Origin: Trypethelium eluteriae
Taxonomy: Eukaryota
Direction of reading: 5' to 3'
Assembly: GCA_051942245.1 (NCBI GenBank)
Contig: JAVECL010000124.1
Span: 1 to 48,183 of the forward strand
Length of the DNA: 48,183 bases
Shown here piece after piece: positions 21,120 to 34,158 of the stretch (position 1 is its first letter; each line of letters starts with the position of its first letter). The notes under the pieces were generated by a model. It searched no databases. It was not told where the DNA came from and saw nothing but the letters and a program-made list of their open reading frames with translations. The position numbers were made by a program, and so were the translations under genes.

Positions 21120-23229
21120 CTATACCGTATGCAGTTCCTCGTTCCTTGGTAGCCGTACTTCTTCTTTATCGAATTCCTCTCCCGCCCCTTGTCTCGCCAT
21201 GTCATACACCCATCTCCCCTTAGGCTTTCCCTGCTTCCCCTTCGTCATCGTGTCTGCAAGGTATAGCCAGCAAAGCGCGTTGCCTACGGTGCAGACTTCA
21301 TCACTAACATGGGTCTTGGCATAATTGCTCATCCTCGCATATGCTTTCTCGTCCCGGAACAGGAGGTCAAGATACCTGGCTACGGCCTGATGGTCGCCAG
21401 GTTCAACGATGAATCCAGACTTGCCATGCTCGACCTGGAGCGGAATACCGCCTGCATTGGTGGCGATCATGGGTATACCTTTGTGGATGGCTTCGGAGAC
21501 TTTGACCTCGAATCCTTCACGGGTAGAGAGCTGTAGAGCAACTTTGGCGGAAGACATAAGAGCGTTGAGAAGCTGATCTGTGGGGCCAAGACGCAAGGCA
21601 ACGATATCGTCGGCTATGTCGGAGTATGATTGATGCATTGCATCTAGGCTTTCAGCTAGGACCCTGGTGGCATCGGGGTCGTCTACGGAGCCATGACCTG
21701 CAATAACTAGCTGCGGCGTCTTATCTCGAGGTAGGTGTTGAACATAATTACGCCTGTAAGTGGCATATGAAGCAATCACGTCCGGAATTCCTTTACTCGG
21801 ATCGAAGCGTGCGATTTGGACAATGTAGCTGCGAGACGGATACTGTAGCTCAGGGACTTTCCGACGATGACCTTCAATGTTCACGTCACGTATATAGTGA
21901 CCGGCATCCCAGTCGCTCAGGCCTTTATTCAATCCGTCAAGCCAATCAGTAGTCGCAGGCATGTAGCTGACTTTCTCCAGATCGATGGTGTTTGGCACGA
22001 AGGCTCGAACTGGATGGCTAATGAATACATCGGCAAAACGAATGCTATCGTACAGCCATTGCCACACGTATGCAGTAGGCGAGTCCTTCTGGTCGACAAG
22101 GTCTGAGCGCACTTGAATGTGAGAGCGCCATGTCACAGGGCGATCAGGGTCTTGCTCTTTTGCAATCGTAGCTAGACCCGGCATTTGAGGGTCGTCAACA
22201 TTGATGAAATCTGCACCGCCAAAGGCTCGAGGGGCAAGTGGCCCACCTTTCGGAGTCCAGAACCGTTTAGCATTCTGCTCAACCCAGTCGGCAAGGATGC
22301 GCGCTTGATCATCTGTAAATCGCTCCCCCGGATCGGCGACGCCTTGGAGTATGTTGTGATTTGTCTTGGTGATGCGGAAGACCTCTGGTTTAGGCCTAGG
22401 CACATACCATTTCACCTTGACCCCTAGTTGCCTAAGGAATCGGACTAGGGCATGCCTCATCAGAGCTACGCCACCACCTTGAGGTGTGCTGCTGAAGAAA
22501 GCTATCTTAATGTTATTCTTCCTTAGCGCCTCAGCATACTTTAAGGTTGCGTTCCACGTCTTTTCCGAGACGCCTTTCTCGTATTGTTCAAGCGCTGTCA
22601 GTTGGGCCGTGCCTCCGCTGTCAACTTCGACTTCGTTTCTAAATCCGACTTGGATGTGGGGTTGCATGGTGGGACCAAAATACCTAGATCAGAATCAGCA
22701 ATTACCTCGCTTATGTTTCCATGAGATTCTACATGATGCATTTTCGGGCCATCGAATCAGCCTCTTCATCCACGTCAAATTCATTATTTCCAGTGCCATT
22801 CTCGGATCCAACTGTTTTTTCGAATATCATAGGGACTATGTCAAGTTCGAGCCACAGGCGAGATGGCAGGGTTGGACTGATTTCTTTGGTGTGGACGGTG
22901 ATGCCTGCACCAGCGTATTTGTGCATCTGTCCTTGCTCGTATTCCCGGATGCGTCTAACTACATAGTCTGCCACTTTCTGGGCTCTATCTCTGTCGCTCT
23001 GATGTCGGAAGGTGTCGACGGCAAAGTCTGTGCTGTATACCCCGTCGTGCACGCAGAAGGCGATCTCGATTTGCTCGTTGTCGACTTCTTTGGCAGCGAT
23101 TCCAAGATAGAGAACTAGCAGGTCTTGAGTCTCCGAGACAGACATGTTTTGAAGCCGCTGATCGCTGCGCGCCTCGAAGTCGTGCTTGCACTGTCGCGAT
23201 ATCGTTGACCCTATTTGAAGTTCTGCCAT
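21120..23229 (-). CDS. ccg-9: Trehalose phosphorylase/synthase (GT4 glycosyltransferase, Neurospora ccg-9-like); 2 exons (23229-22733, 22683-21120), ~686 aa
   Basis: 'LPSRLWLELDIVP', 'DEEADSMARKCIM-YFGP', 'FFSSTPQGGGVALMRHAL', 'FRITKTNHNILQG', 'QIARFDPSKGI', 'LQLSTREGFEVKVSEA'. The 49-nt intron has a weak GTAGAA donor but restores the frame. Orthologue versus paralogue status is unknown. Confidence 0.9.
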
Positions 23230-24902
23230 AATGATTACGATTGGATCCTCCCGTGGCAAATCTCCTTTGATTGTAGAGCACTCGTGAAAAATGACGGTGG
23301 CAACATGTGGGGAAAGACGAGGCTTTCACGGCCTCAAGGAAGAAGTCACGACCGCTCAGGATTAAGTGTGATGATTGCCAGGTGATGAAGGATCTTCGCC
23401 AGCATAGCTTACACAACTGATACGTGATAAGACTACTTCTTACTTCATTTGGACGTGTAGAGGTGTCCAAAGCTATTGAGTCAACATTGCGAGTGATGAT
23501 TAGGCCACCACCCAAAGACTTGAGTAAGTTCGTTCCTGTAACAGATCGATCAAGGAGATAGTTTTTTCCATCCCAGAGAAATTACATGTCCTGCTATGAC
23601 CCATTCTGATGCTGGCAGTATTACTAAATTTGATTTTTGGTGCGTCTTATATCAGGCCAGACTCGACGGGTAATTAGGAGCAGTGAATACGACAGGTAGA
23701 AGCTCAACAAAGGAAGTTGACAGGTGGTCAGCCATACCCGGTGGTTTGATCTCGGTTCCGAGGGGATGGCTCACGTGTCGGGGCAGGCCACTTCAAGTTA
23801 GCGCCTTAGGTAAGCGAGCCGCACGTAACTGGTGCAACGAGGCGGCAGTGAAGACTTGGGCACTTGTACATTGGCCCGGGCATGACCTGATTTGAGTCAC
23901 TGAACTCTCTGAATCAGGCAAGGTAGGATGGTAGGTAGCTTCCTTGTGCCCAGGCGAGGTAAGGAACACTGGACTTGTACTTAAGGCATGCCCTAAGGTT
24001 TACATCAATGTCTGTGCTACCAACGTTCGACGATGGGCCGCGCAACCGCATCAGTGGGCCCGCGCAATTCTCCGTGCACGCAATTACCCTGCTCGGCATA
24101 GGGTCATACCTTAAGTTGGCATATCACCATATGGGAGCTCCAGAGGGGCGAGGTGCAGGGCCGGGAGTGGAGGTGCTCGGGAGTCGCGGTGGTCGCGATC
24201 AGAAATCTGTGCCGCCGGCGAAGAAGTTGAGGAACGGATGGCAGGGATCGGCATCGGCAGCCAGGCGCTAGCGCTGGCCCTTGGCGGATCTTGATGCTTC
24301 TTGGGGCTTCTAAGCTTTCGGGCGGCCTTCCAGGGAAACAGGGGACCGGGGTGACGATGGTGCAGAGGAAGCTTTCGAGAGACTGCGGACTACTTAGGAC
24401 CTGACTGCGTCTGTGCACCCTGTTGCCCTGCTCCTCCCGCCTTTCGAACCGTACTCCGTCCAGCGGCGTGAGCGGTAGCGAGAGAGCCACTCGTGCAGAT
24501 GTGAAGTCGCTTGCCTGCTTGTCATCGACGTCCCCTCCTTACCCTTCTCCACTTCAGCCTCTCTCTCTTCTCCTCTTCTCTCCTCTCCTCTCGCCCTTCT
24601 CATTTATCACGACGCCTCACCACTCCACAGTCGATATTCGATTTTCGAGGGAGGAGAGTACGCCAGTTTCCCAAACGCCGCTTAAGCCGTCCCAACACCG
24701 TCGCGACTCTGATCAACCTTTGATTCGCACTTCAAATCCATCACGTTTGGCACAGCTGAGACAGCTTACGCGATCGCTGCTACTCCGGCCGCGACCTCAA
24801 CACCCTCTCTGCATCGTTGTCGTACGGTTCATGCACGAAACCAATAATCTCTTCGCAAAAACTTTATGATACACATATAAGGAAAAGAGAGCAAGAGGCA
24901 CC

Positions 24903-27393
24903 ATGTACGGCGCTCAGCAACATCGCGGCATGCCGGGAGTCGCTCCGTCGGGAGGCAACAATCGATTAGGCGAGCTGTTAGAACAGGTCCGACAGGAATT
25001 CGAGGCACAAGCTAGGCAGACTGGCGACTTTGAGCACACGAGTAAGTTTACCTTCATTTGGTGGCGGCTAGGGTAGACGCATCACCGTTTTGGTATATTC
25101 AGAAGTGTCATGGAGTTTGCCTATGTATACTACGGCTACTACATGGACTTTGTCAGTCGTGTTCTGCACCTGCAATCCACTCTTAGAAAGATGGCCATTG
25201 GTCTCTGCACCGCTAGGACATTATCAGATTCCTGAGACATTTCATCATTCAGATCCTCAACATGAATGAATTTGCTGGTGCTGATTTCTGTGGTCTAGTG
25301 GCCCAACAATGTTCCGAAATGGAGCTGGTGAGGCAAAAAGTCTATCAATTAGAACAAACGCAGCAAAGCATCAGGAACAAGTAAGCTTGCAAGTCCAATA
25401 CGGCAGCTTGCACACAGTTACGAATCCCGAGCCAGTGATAGCCATTCTAATAAGCAAACAGGTATGAAGAGGAGCTCGCTCGTCTTCGCCATGAACTAGA
25501 AAATCGGGGAGGACTCAGCTCATCCCAATTGGGTGGCCCGAGCCATCATGGTGGCCCTGGTCAACCTCAGCCACCCTCTATTGGCCATGGTCCCAGCAAT
25601 CTCTTTGGCGGCATCATGGCTGGAGGTGCGCAAGGTGGGGGCCCTGGTCTTGCTCCACCGCCCCAAGATGGACCAAAGCCTCCAAATCTTCAGCACGGCG
25701 TGCCCCCAGGACCTCCCGGTCTTAATCCAGCTCCTGGTCCACCATCTCACGCTCCCTTTAACGGGTATGGTAACATGAATGGTAAGCCTTATGGCCTCCT
25801 CCCTCTCATGTTCTCCTGTTAGAAGAAAATGTAGTGGTCTTCAGCGGTAGTGCTGAGAGAAGATTGAGGCATTAGATGGCGAAATCCGAAGAGTAGCTGA
25901 TATTCGATCCACAGGATACGGCGGTCCTCAGCCACCTCCACCAGGTTCGCCTGGCGGCAAGCCACGGATCAACCGCGGTCCACCAGGAGCACAAACTCCT
26001 CAACAATCGCAAATTGGTCTATACCCAGGATCACCCCAGGTCCCTCGTCCGACTCCTCCGCCTGGTGGTCAAGCCCATCACCCGCCAGGCCTGCACCCCT
26101 CCATTCCAAATGTTGGCAACACTCTTGCGGATCTAGACCCCGAAACCATTCCGGCTTCGCACAAGCGTGAGGGTCAGGATTGGTTCGCCATATTTAATCC
26201 TGCCATAAGGAGGCAGCTCGATGTCGAACTTGTCCATAACCTTCCCCACAATAGCGTCGTCTGCTGCGTACGATTTAGTGCAGATGGTCGTCTCGTTGCC
26301 ACAGGCTGCAACCGCTCTGCCCAGATTTTCGAAGTTGAGAGTGGTACACAGGTTGCCCATCTACAGGATCCAGCGTTGCCTCAGGATGGTGATCTATATA
26401 TTCGAAGCGTCTGCTTCAGCCCTGATGGACGATACCTCGCCACGGGTGCCGAGGACAAGATTATTCGGGTAAGTACCTTACCATGATGTGTGCTCATCAC
26501 TATGGGCAATCAATCACCAATTTGAGCTCTGCTGATTTTATCGTCGTTAGGTCTGGGATATCCCCAGCCGCACAATCCGACACCAGTTTCAAGGCCACGA
26601 ACAAGACATCTACTCTCTCGACTTTGCCCGCAATGGCAAGATCATTGCATCCGGCTCAGGAGACCGCAGCGTCCGTCTCTGGGACCTCGAGAACAACAGC
26701 CAGGCCCTGCAGCTCTCGATCGAAGACGGAGTCACCACCGTCGCACTCTCCCCCGACAGCCGCTACGTCGCCGCCGGCTCTCTCGATAAATCGGTCCGTG
26801 TCTGGGACACCAACACCGGGTTCTTGGTGGAGCGGCTCGAGGGTGAACCAGGGCACAAGGACAGCGTCTACAGTGTTGCATTCAGCCCGAGCGGTCGTGA
26901 GCTCGTTTCTGGCAGTCTGGATAAGACGATTAAGATGTGGGAGCTCACACCGTCCAGAGGCATCCCCGGGACAGGTCCCGCTGGTGGAACGTGTGTGAGG
27001 ACGTTTGAGGGACACAAGGTATGTCATATTTGTCACGCATACACAACGAGTCTTCTCCATGGAAAAGGGTGCTGATGACAACTCGCAGGACTTTGTTCTC
27101 AGTGTTGCTCTCACGCCGGCGGGCGATTGGGTTCTCAGCGGTAGCAAGGACCGCGGCGTGCAGTTCTGGGACCCCAAGACTGGCGAAGCACAGCTCATGC
27201 TCCAGGGACACAAAAACTCGGGTATGCTTCACTTCTAGCTACGACCTACTGTTGTTCGTTGTGCGACGACTAACAAGCTCATTTTCTAGTCATCTCTGTC
27301 GCTCCTGGCCCGATTCGCAACCTCTTTGCCACGGGCAGTGGGGATATGCGGGCTCGCATCTGGCGTTACATCCCAGTTGGCCACTACCAGTGA
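24903..27393 (+). CDS. TUP1: General transcriptional co-repressor Tup1/RcoA/Rco-1; 7 exons (24903-25041, 25299-25380, 25462-25781, 25915-26468, 26551-27018, 27089-27221, 27290-27393), ~599 aa
   Basis: Tup_N coiled coil '[15 protein letters not shown]...[14 protein letters not shown]...[13 protein letters not shown]', G/P-rich linker, WD40 repeats 'DWFAIFNP', 'SVVCCVRFS', '[13 protein letters not shown]', '[13 protein letters not shown]', '[13 protein letters not shown]'. All six introns are GT-AG and in phase (1800 nt CDS). Confidence 0.96.
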
Positions 27394-30300
27394 CATTCTT
27401 CCTTGTTCTAGATAGTTGTTTTGTGAGGCTAAACTCTGAAAGTCCAGGTAACGTCGTCAGACTTCCTCGAATTGAGGCTCGGTCAGCGGCCGAAACGCCT
27501 TTCCGCGGACGGCTGACCTTCGCCTCTTCGACGGTGACGACTCAAGGGCAGGGTGGTATAGGTCAAAAGCGTTGGTGAGATAGGAGTTTGCTGGTGCAAG
27601 TTCTCAGTCTTCTGTTTCCTTTCGATGTTAGCAGATTTTCGGTATTCTTTGTGGTCAGGAGGATCTTCGTATCTCAAATGAAATAAAGATAAGGACTGAT
27701 AATCCACACTTGAAATTAGCAGAGATGCCTTGGGCAAAATACCCAAAGCTTTCACTGTCCCTCTCGAGGTACCAAATGTCAAACATGCTTCTTCGTTTAC
27801 CCTCTTTTCCTCTGCAAATTTTCTCGTGAGTACGGCACTGCTCAGCTGGATGCAGTCCTACGGCAAAGACACAATGCTTGCCCTTCTCATCAGGATCGTG
27901 CATTTCGACAACAGCTCTGGACTCTTGTTGGTTTCTCCATGATCCCGTTTCATTCCGGCCGGACCTAGTCTCGAGCAGTCGAAGAGCAAGATTGCAATGG
28001 CACAGCTGCTGCTCAACGTCCTCGAAGGAACTAATCAAACAGAAGTCAAACCACGCCGTTTCCCCGCAGATCTCGTCCCCAGTCGGTTACTCCAATTGAG
28101 CAAATGGAATCGCTCTGGGTCCCTGTTGCGGTCCGTTCGGCTAACGAGAAGTGACCGCCCGCCTTTGTAAATCGCTCCTCAGAGACCATGGCGTTGGGGG
28201 CTACAAATTCATAGACAGGGGAAATATCGATCGGTTGTTGGACGGATGTTTCTGTATGTGTTTCGTCATTCGTTTCCAGGGGTTGGAGTGCTGTCCCTGG
28301 AAGAGATGTTCCTGATCGCCTCCAGCTGAAAAGCAAGTGCCCAGATTTGGTCAAATCCCTGCGAGCCTCATGGGGGGCCTCGTGAAGTTTTCTCCGATGC
28401 GGCTAAAAAAAATTTCTTCTTCGGAACTTGCCTTTTCAGCTTACGATGCTGCTATGTAGTAGGATGCTTGAGCCTCGTGGACCCTGTAATCGTAATACTC
28501 TGAAGCAAACAGGGTTCAACACTAACACGGACAATCATGCGTCCATCGACCTAATGGGCATTGACCGAGATGAGTAAAGAGTAGAGACGAAGTGTTGGAC
28601 CTGCGACTTTGGACAGGTACATTCAGCATCGCCTTTGGATCTGTAGCTTAGTGACACGACATCGGCGAGCATGGATGAAACAGGGTAGATCAAGCCATGA
28701 GTACTCCGTAGTCTCACGGGGCCAAAGTCATGCGGCTTTTTGGAGGAGGAGGCGTGAGGGATATTGATCATATCGAAGAAGCCGATAACGGGGTGCGACA
28801 TTCTTGTTTTAGATTCGGGCTGATTTCAGGCGCCCACGCGTTCCTGAACACTGACGTAGCGGAGGATTAATTAGGTTGAAGTTGATCTTGCTCTGTACTC
28901 GTGTCCATCCAGATTCTGACCTACTACAGCTCGCTGCAAAACCAACAACCAGGAGCTTCGGCCGAGTCGGCCCAAATCTTTACCTACGGTGCCTAGTTCA
29001 CTAGTGAGGAGGGGCCGAAACGGTCTCTCGCTTGAGCACGCGAAAGTAAGCTTATGGCTAATAAGCTCTGGACCAGAGCCAGAGCCCTCAAAACCAAAGA
29101 AGGCGAAACAGCCCATCGTGTCGCATCATCTTCTACGTCGCTTCTCTCGACAGTCTGGAGTAGGAGGTGCGGATAAGGCACTGACACAACCAGGCCCAGG
29201 GTCCTGAGGTCGAGCCTGACTCACTGAGCGGCTGGTACCGTGGTACCGTACTTAGGCACCGAAAGGATTGAGATCCAACCCATAAGGTAACGCTCCAGCC
29301 CTTGGATCTTTCCGTCCGGGATGAGATAGCGCGGATGTCTGACTGCAGCTGCACAGCATCAATTCGGTTCCACCGGCATTAACCAAGGTAAGACAACAGT
29401 ATGTATGCACATGAAGATACGTACATAACGCAGTTATGCTGACGCGGGGCGTAAGTATTTCGTATCTTGGTCCAACCCTCATTCAAGCCGTAGGAGAGAG
29501 AAACAAAGACCGGTCGCTCACCGACAACCCACTCACCTTGGTCGTCCAATCCGCGCCACAGTCCACCACCCCGCATAACAACCAACAACCATCTTAAACC
29601 CCGATCGCGTGCACCATGTATGTATGCGCTCCTTCACCTCCTCTCCTCGCACAGCTCCTCCAGGATGAGGCAACGGCTTTTGACGACAAGGTAGCATAAC
29701 AAGCGAGGTCTAACCGACTCGAAACGAGCAAAACGGTTCGTCCCGCGTGCGACCATAATTTCGTTTTGCCATGCACTGCACACCCTGGCGATCTGACTAC
29801 TAGTCATATGCAGTCATGAACTACATGACAACCAAAGGACCCGGGTAGGGGAGCATAATCATCATAATGGTGAGGTGGTGAAATAGTGCGCAATTCCTAC
29901 GGTTGGAAAGCATGATTCATGATCCCGGTCGTGCCATGTGCCGGAAGTGACGATCCACCATTCCGCACCAACACAGTGAACAGACCGATTACAGCACTGA
30001 CGGCGACGGTCATCCGTCCGCACAGCCACCCTCTCTCTCTCCACCTCTCTTTCGGCTATTAAGGGCATTGTTCATCGAGCTATCCCGACAGTATGCAGGC
30101 GCGCATGCCTCAATGTGAAGTATCATTGTTTAGAGATGGTCGGGTCAAGGTGATGATAGACTCATGAGTTGCTACGCCCAGTAACCCGTTCACGGCGCTG
30201 GTGCATTAGTATCAGAAGACCCCAATGATCCGCTCTTTCTACATCATCTCGGCTCTATCCCGGAGCTTCGCGACGTTAAACGAAAGCTTACATGTTCGGC

Positions 30301-33300
30301 TGGTTAGCTCGAGATTATCGAGGTTGTGGCTTCGATTGCGTCAAAGGGTGAAACCGGATCGTCAAGAACGTGAGGGTCAAGCTTTCTGCCAAGACGAATC
30401 CCGCACGCCCGTTAGAAAGGAAGATCTCTGATTGCAATGTCTCTAAATGGGGAAAATGTTGCGCCGGAAGTCGGCGAATACTTCAGTAAATTACCTACCT
30501 ATATCGACTAAGCTCTGCACTGTGAGAGCGTGTGGTAATTTGCAGAATTTCAACGGTTTCTCAAGCACCACGGATTGGATCGCACTTCGCCTTTTTGTTG
30601 AGTGCTCTCCTGCGATCGCATTGACGTGGAATGAAGCGAGATCCGGAGCTTACTGGAGTTCATGCGTTCGACGTAGGAATCGCTTTATACGGCAAAGATG
30701 CAGAGTAGGCGGGATGGTGATGCGGCAGTGTGGATAGGGGATGCGATCATCATTTCGGATCATAGTAGGTAGATGACAAGGCAATGATGATGATGAGTGA
30801 ATGTACCGGTACTTGGGCAAAGAACAGACCAGAGGTGGGTGCCTGCAAGACGTCTGTTTCGCCGATTGCAGCTTAGCTTCTTGACCGAGTCGTCTTGACC
30901 TGCATGAGGGCCGTTTCAGCTTGGCTGTTCCAACAAGCTGTCTAAGCTGCTTTCGGCGAGAGTGCTGGTGCACCACATGACCGGGTACAACACGTGTACC
31001 TGCTAGAGGCTGCTCTCAGGCTCGCTTGGTGCACGAACTGATTGAGCGATTGCGCGTTGCTGTTGTATAGTATCAACCAGAAGCTTGTGGGCATGACTCG
31101 CTACTGTATGGTCCTTGGTGGCGGTAAAACACAGATGACCATTTCACAATACCACTTCGGAGGTCATCATGGCTATTGTCGACCCGCTTAGCCTGCCGCT
31201 CACTCGTCCACACAAGCTGCTGTAAAGAGCGCGCACGGCCAAGTAATAGTCCCATAAGGCGAAGATATTTTCAGCAGCTATCGGATATCCGCGGATGAAA
31301 AAAATGGGATTCGTCTGCCAATGACATCGCAGTAAACGATAGACATATGCTGACAAACTGAGACATTTTAGCGAGCGCACAAATAGTCCGATCGAGCAGC
31401 ATTGACGCGCATCTCATCGAAAGGCTGACTCAATCGATGAAGACCAAATTCGGTTAAGGAAGCGGCCCGCGCGGTTTAAGCCTCGTCGTATAGATGCGCG
31501 GAGGTATGGTTCCGCCACAAGATCCTAGCACGCCCAGCCATGGTTTTTTCCTCCCCTTTCAATGCAAATCAGCGAGTCAAAGTGTACATATTTCGATATC
31601 CCATTACTTCTTGTCTCGCAGCTCATCTTGTGCTGTCATAGCGGGACGAGTAGGTAGGGAAGGGTGCGGCTCGCGTCGGCCTCAGCGGAGGTGATTACGT
31701 CCCGAGGGCTGGAAGCAAGACTGTATGTGTGAACACCATATACGTGCGTAAGGCAATGTTGAGACGAGTATAGAAATTGCCACTAGTTTCACATGACTTA
31801 CCGCAATGAAGTTATAAAATGTCTGAGGCGTTGAATTATGCGGCGTTGTGACCTCCATATATGAATCACTAAGCTGGAGGCTTAAGAATTGCCAGGCCCA
31901 TGCATTATATAGTGATACCTATTGGCGTAAGTCGAGAAGGGATCAGGTAGATTGCATGACAAAGACGAAAGAGAGTGAGACTGAGAGATTTGACTGGTCA
32001 TTCAGTTAGTATGGTTCACATGATGGAGGGTTTCTGGTGCTCTGGATTTGTGGCTCTTCGCATCGAGCACTAATCAAAAATTCTGCTTTAATGTTGCCAC
32101 AACAGCCGTGGCTAGGAAATCAATGCGTGAATAAGCCCCTTCCGCATCTCTCGCATACAATGTTCCAGAATCTTGACAGCGCTCGCAAAACTTCATTGGC
32201 TTCATTCAGTCAGCATTGGACTGTCGTATCTAGAGAATCGGCCGGCCCCTTGACAGCATTTTTGGAAATTTCACAGGATTGTTTTGCAGCGCACTAAGCA
32301 TTGAACGAACAAGTCGATGTTGGAAGAAATTACCCTTCGAGGGATCCCTATGCTTAAGCTATTAGCTGCAGATGAACCTCAAACAGCACCGAGACCAGCC
32401 AAATCTCCGTCGCAGGACTATTGGTTCATGAATTGAATGCCACTGCAATGATACGTAACTATAACAAAGCCTCATTATTTCATTAAGAGATCCGTCTGCG
32501 CCGTGGCGTTGGCTACCGGTGCATCTGCTTTTCTAGCGGTAGCATTTTTCGCCTCAGAGCCAATCTCATGGTGGTGCTCCGGGTTGCCAGCCGTCGATCA
32601 GGTAATGGCGCGAAGTGGGCTTTACAGGCGCTGGCGGCTACCGAGGCAACTTTACCATGCCATCGGGTCGAGTGCAGAAAGACGGCGCTGAAGATTGTCA
32701 GCCCGCTCACTGTGATGGCATGGCCTCTTGTAAATTAGTGCCCAGATTCGCGAAACAGGCCGAGAGACGGCTTTCTTGCTATGGATCGCGAAGGGCGAGT
32801 TAGGTCTGATTTGGAATATTGACATGAAGAGGTTGAATAAGAAATCTGATGCACTAGAAATCAATGTGAACGCTGTCGAACTTTAAGAGCCGATTATCCG
32901 CTTTACAGGAAAAAAGTACGAATGAGGTAAAAGCTGCTCATGGTATTCGGACCCTTGGCGATAGTCCAGCGAGATAGTATCGTACCATTGCTAATTGTAT
33001 GTTATGTCGCGCCAAGGCATACAATTTACTGTTATTTCCAGCAATTTCCTCCGGTGGCAGATACACCGGCGCGTGGCCACCGCTCTGATCAAAGAGATAT
33101 AGCGCTGCTCGGGAGTCGGATTTGCACCCAAGGCGAGATGTTCGATGAGCAACTATTCTTACTAAGGCTGCATCATCGGAGGCTTATCCTTTGATTTTGC
33201 CCAGTCCCTGGAGACTGGCCGTTCTGATGCTAAGACAGGGCAGAATGGAATCGTGGTAGGCGGTCTAAGAAAGGTGGAAGAGAGGACGATGTAATAATAC

Positions 33301-33740
33301 TCCGATCCACTTCTTCAAATCTCCACGCACCTCACCGCTCCACCAGGGGAGGGAAAAATACTGTGTGAATGTAGCAAGCGAGTTTCAGTGGCGCTAGACT
33401 TGGACGCGACGGAGTAGCGTCGCTTCAACGGCGAAGGATGTTGCTAGTGTATCTGAAGCCACGTACAGGGTATATAGGATCTCCCAGACTGACATCCAAA
33501 ATAAGGGCTCACCAGGGCTACCCATCAGGGTTACGCATGACTTTGGACAGGGGCCCGACACGTGCGATCGTTGTCAGCCTGAAGAATGCAAAATTGGCCG
33601 TAAGCCAACCACACTTTCGCGTAGTGATTACGGCGGACCAACGGCCGCTCTCAGCTCATCGAGAAGTTCACAGCCTTCCCACGGCAGTGTCCAGTGACCT
33701 CAACCTCTTCTTCCATTCGGACCTCAATCATTATTCGATA

Positions 33741-34158
33741 ATGACTGGTCAATATGAGGAAGCAGAGGTGGATAAGGATGAATGCAAGATACCTTGCACC
33801 AACACGAATCCTTCCGGACACAAGTCTCTGAAGGGAAGCTGGATTTGTTTGACAATTTTTCTGCGAATGGGACACAGGGTATGCGGTAGGGTACGGCACG
33901 TCGGCCGAACCAGGGCGTAACATGACGACGGCTGCGCTTACTGACCGGGAACATTTGCCATGCCCGAAGCGCGGGAAAAGCGCTGCAGTCTTCCCAGTAA
34001 GCGAATCAGATGGGAAAGCGAAGACGGGAACTCGCGAGGAGCGCTGTCTTTGGACCGCGTATATATCTTTCGAAATTTCCTCTGCGGGCATTTTCGAAGA
34101 GCTGAAGCTCGCGCTTGAGATGACTAGACGGGCAGCTGCTGCGGAGGCTGGAGGGTGA
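33741..34158 (+). CDS. Candidate small orphan two-exon gene (33741-33878, 33970-34158), 108 aa, no recognisable domain
   Basis: ATG with A at -3 after a pyrimidine-rich leader; donor GTATGC (33879), branch TACTGAC (33939-33945), first downstream AG at 33968-33969. Splicing joins two ORF-track frames in phase. No homology recognised. Confidence 0.25.
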
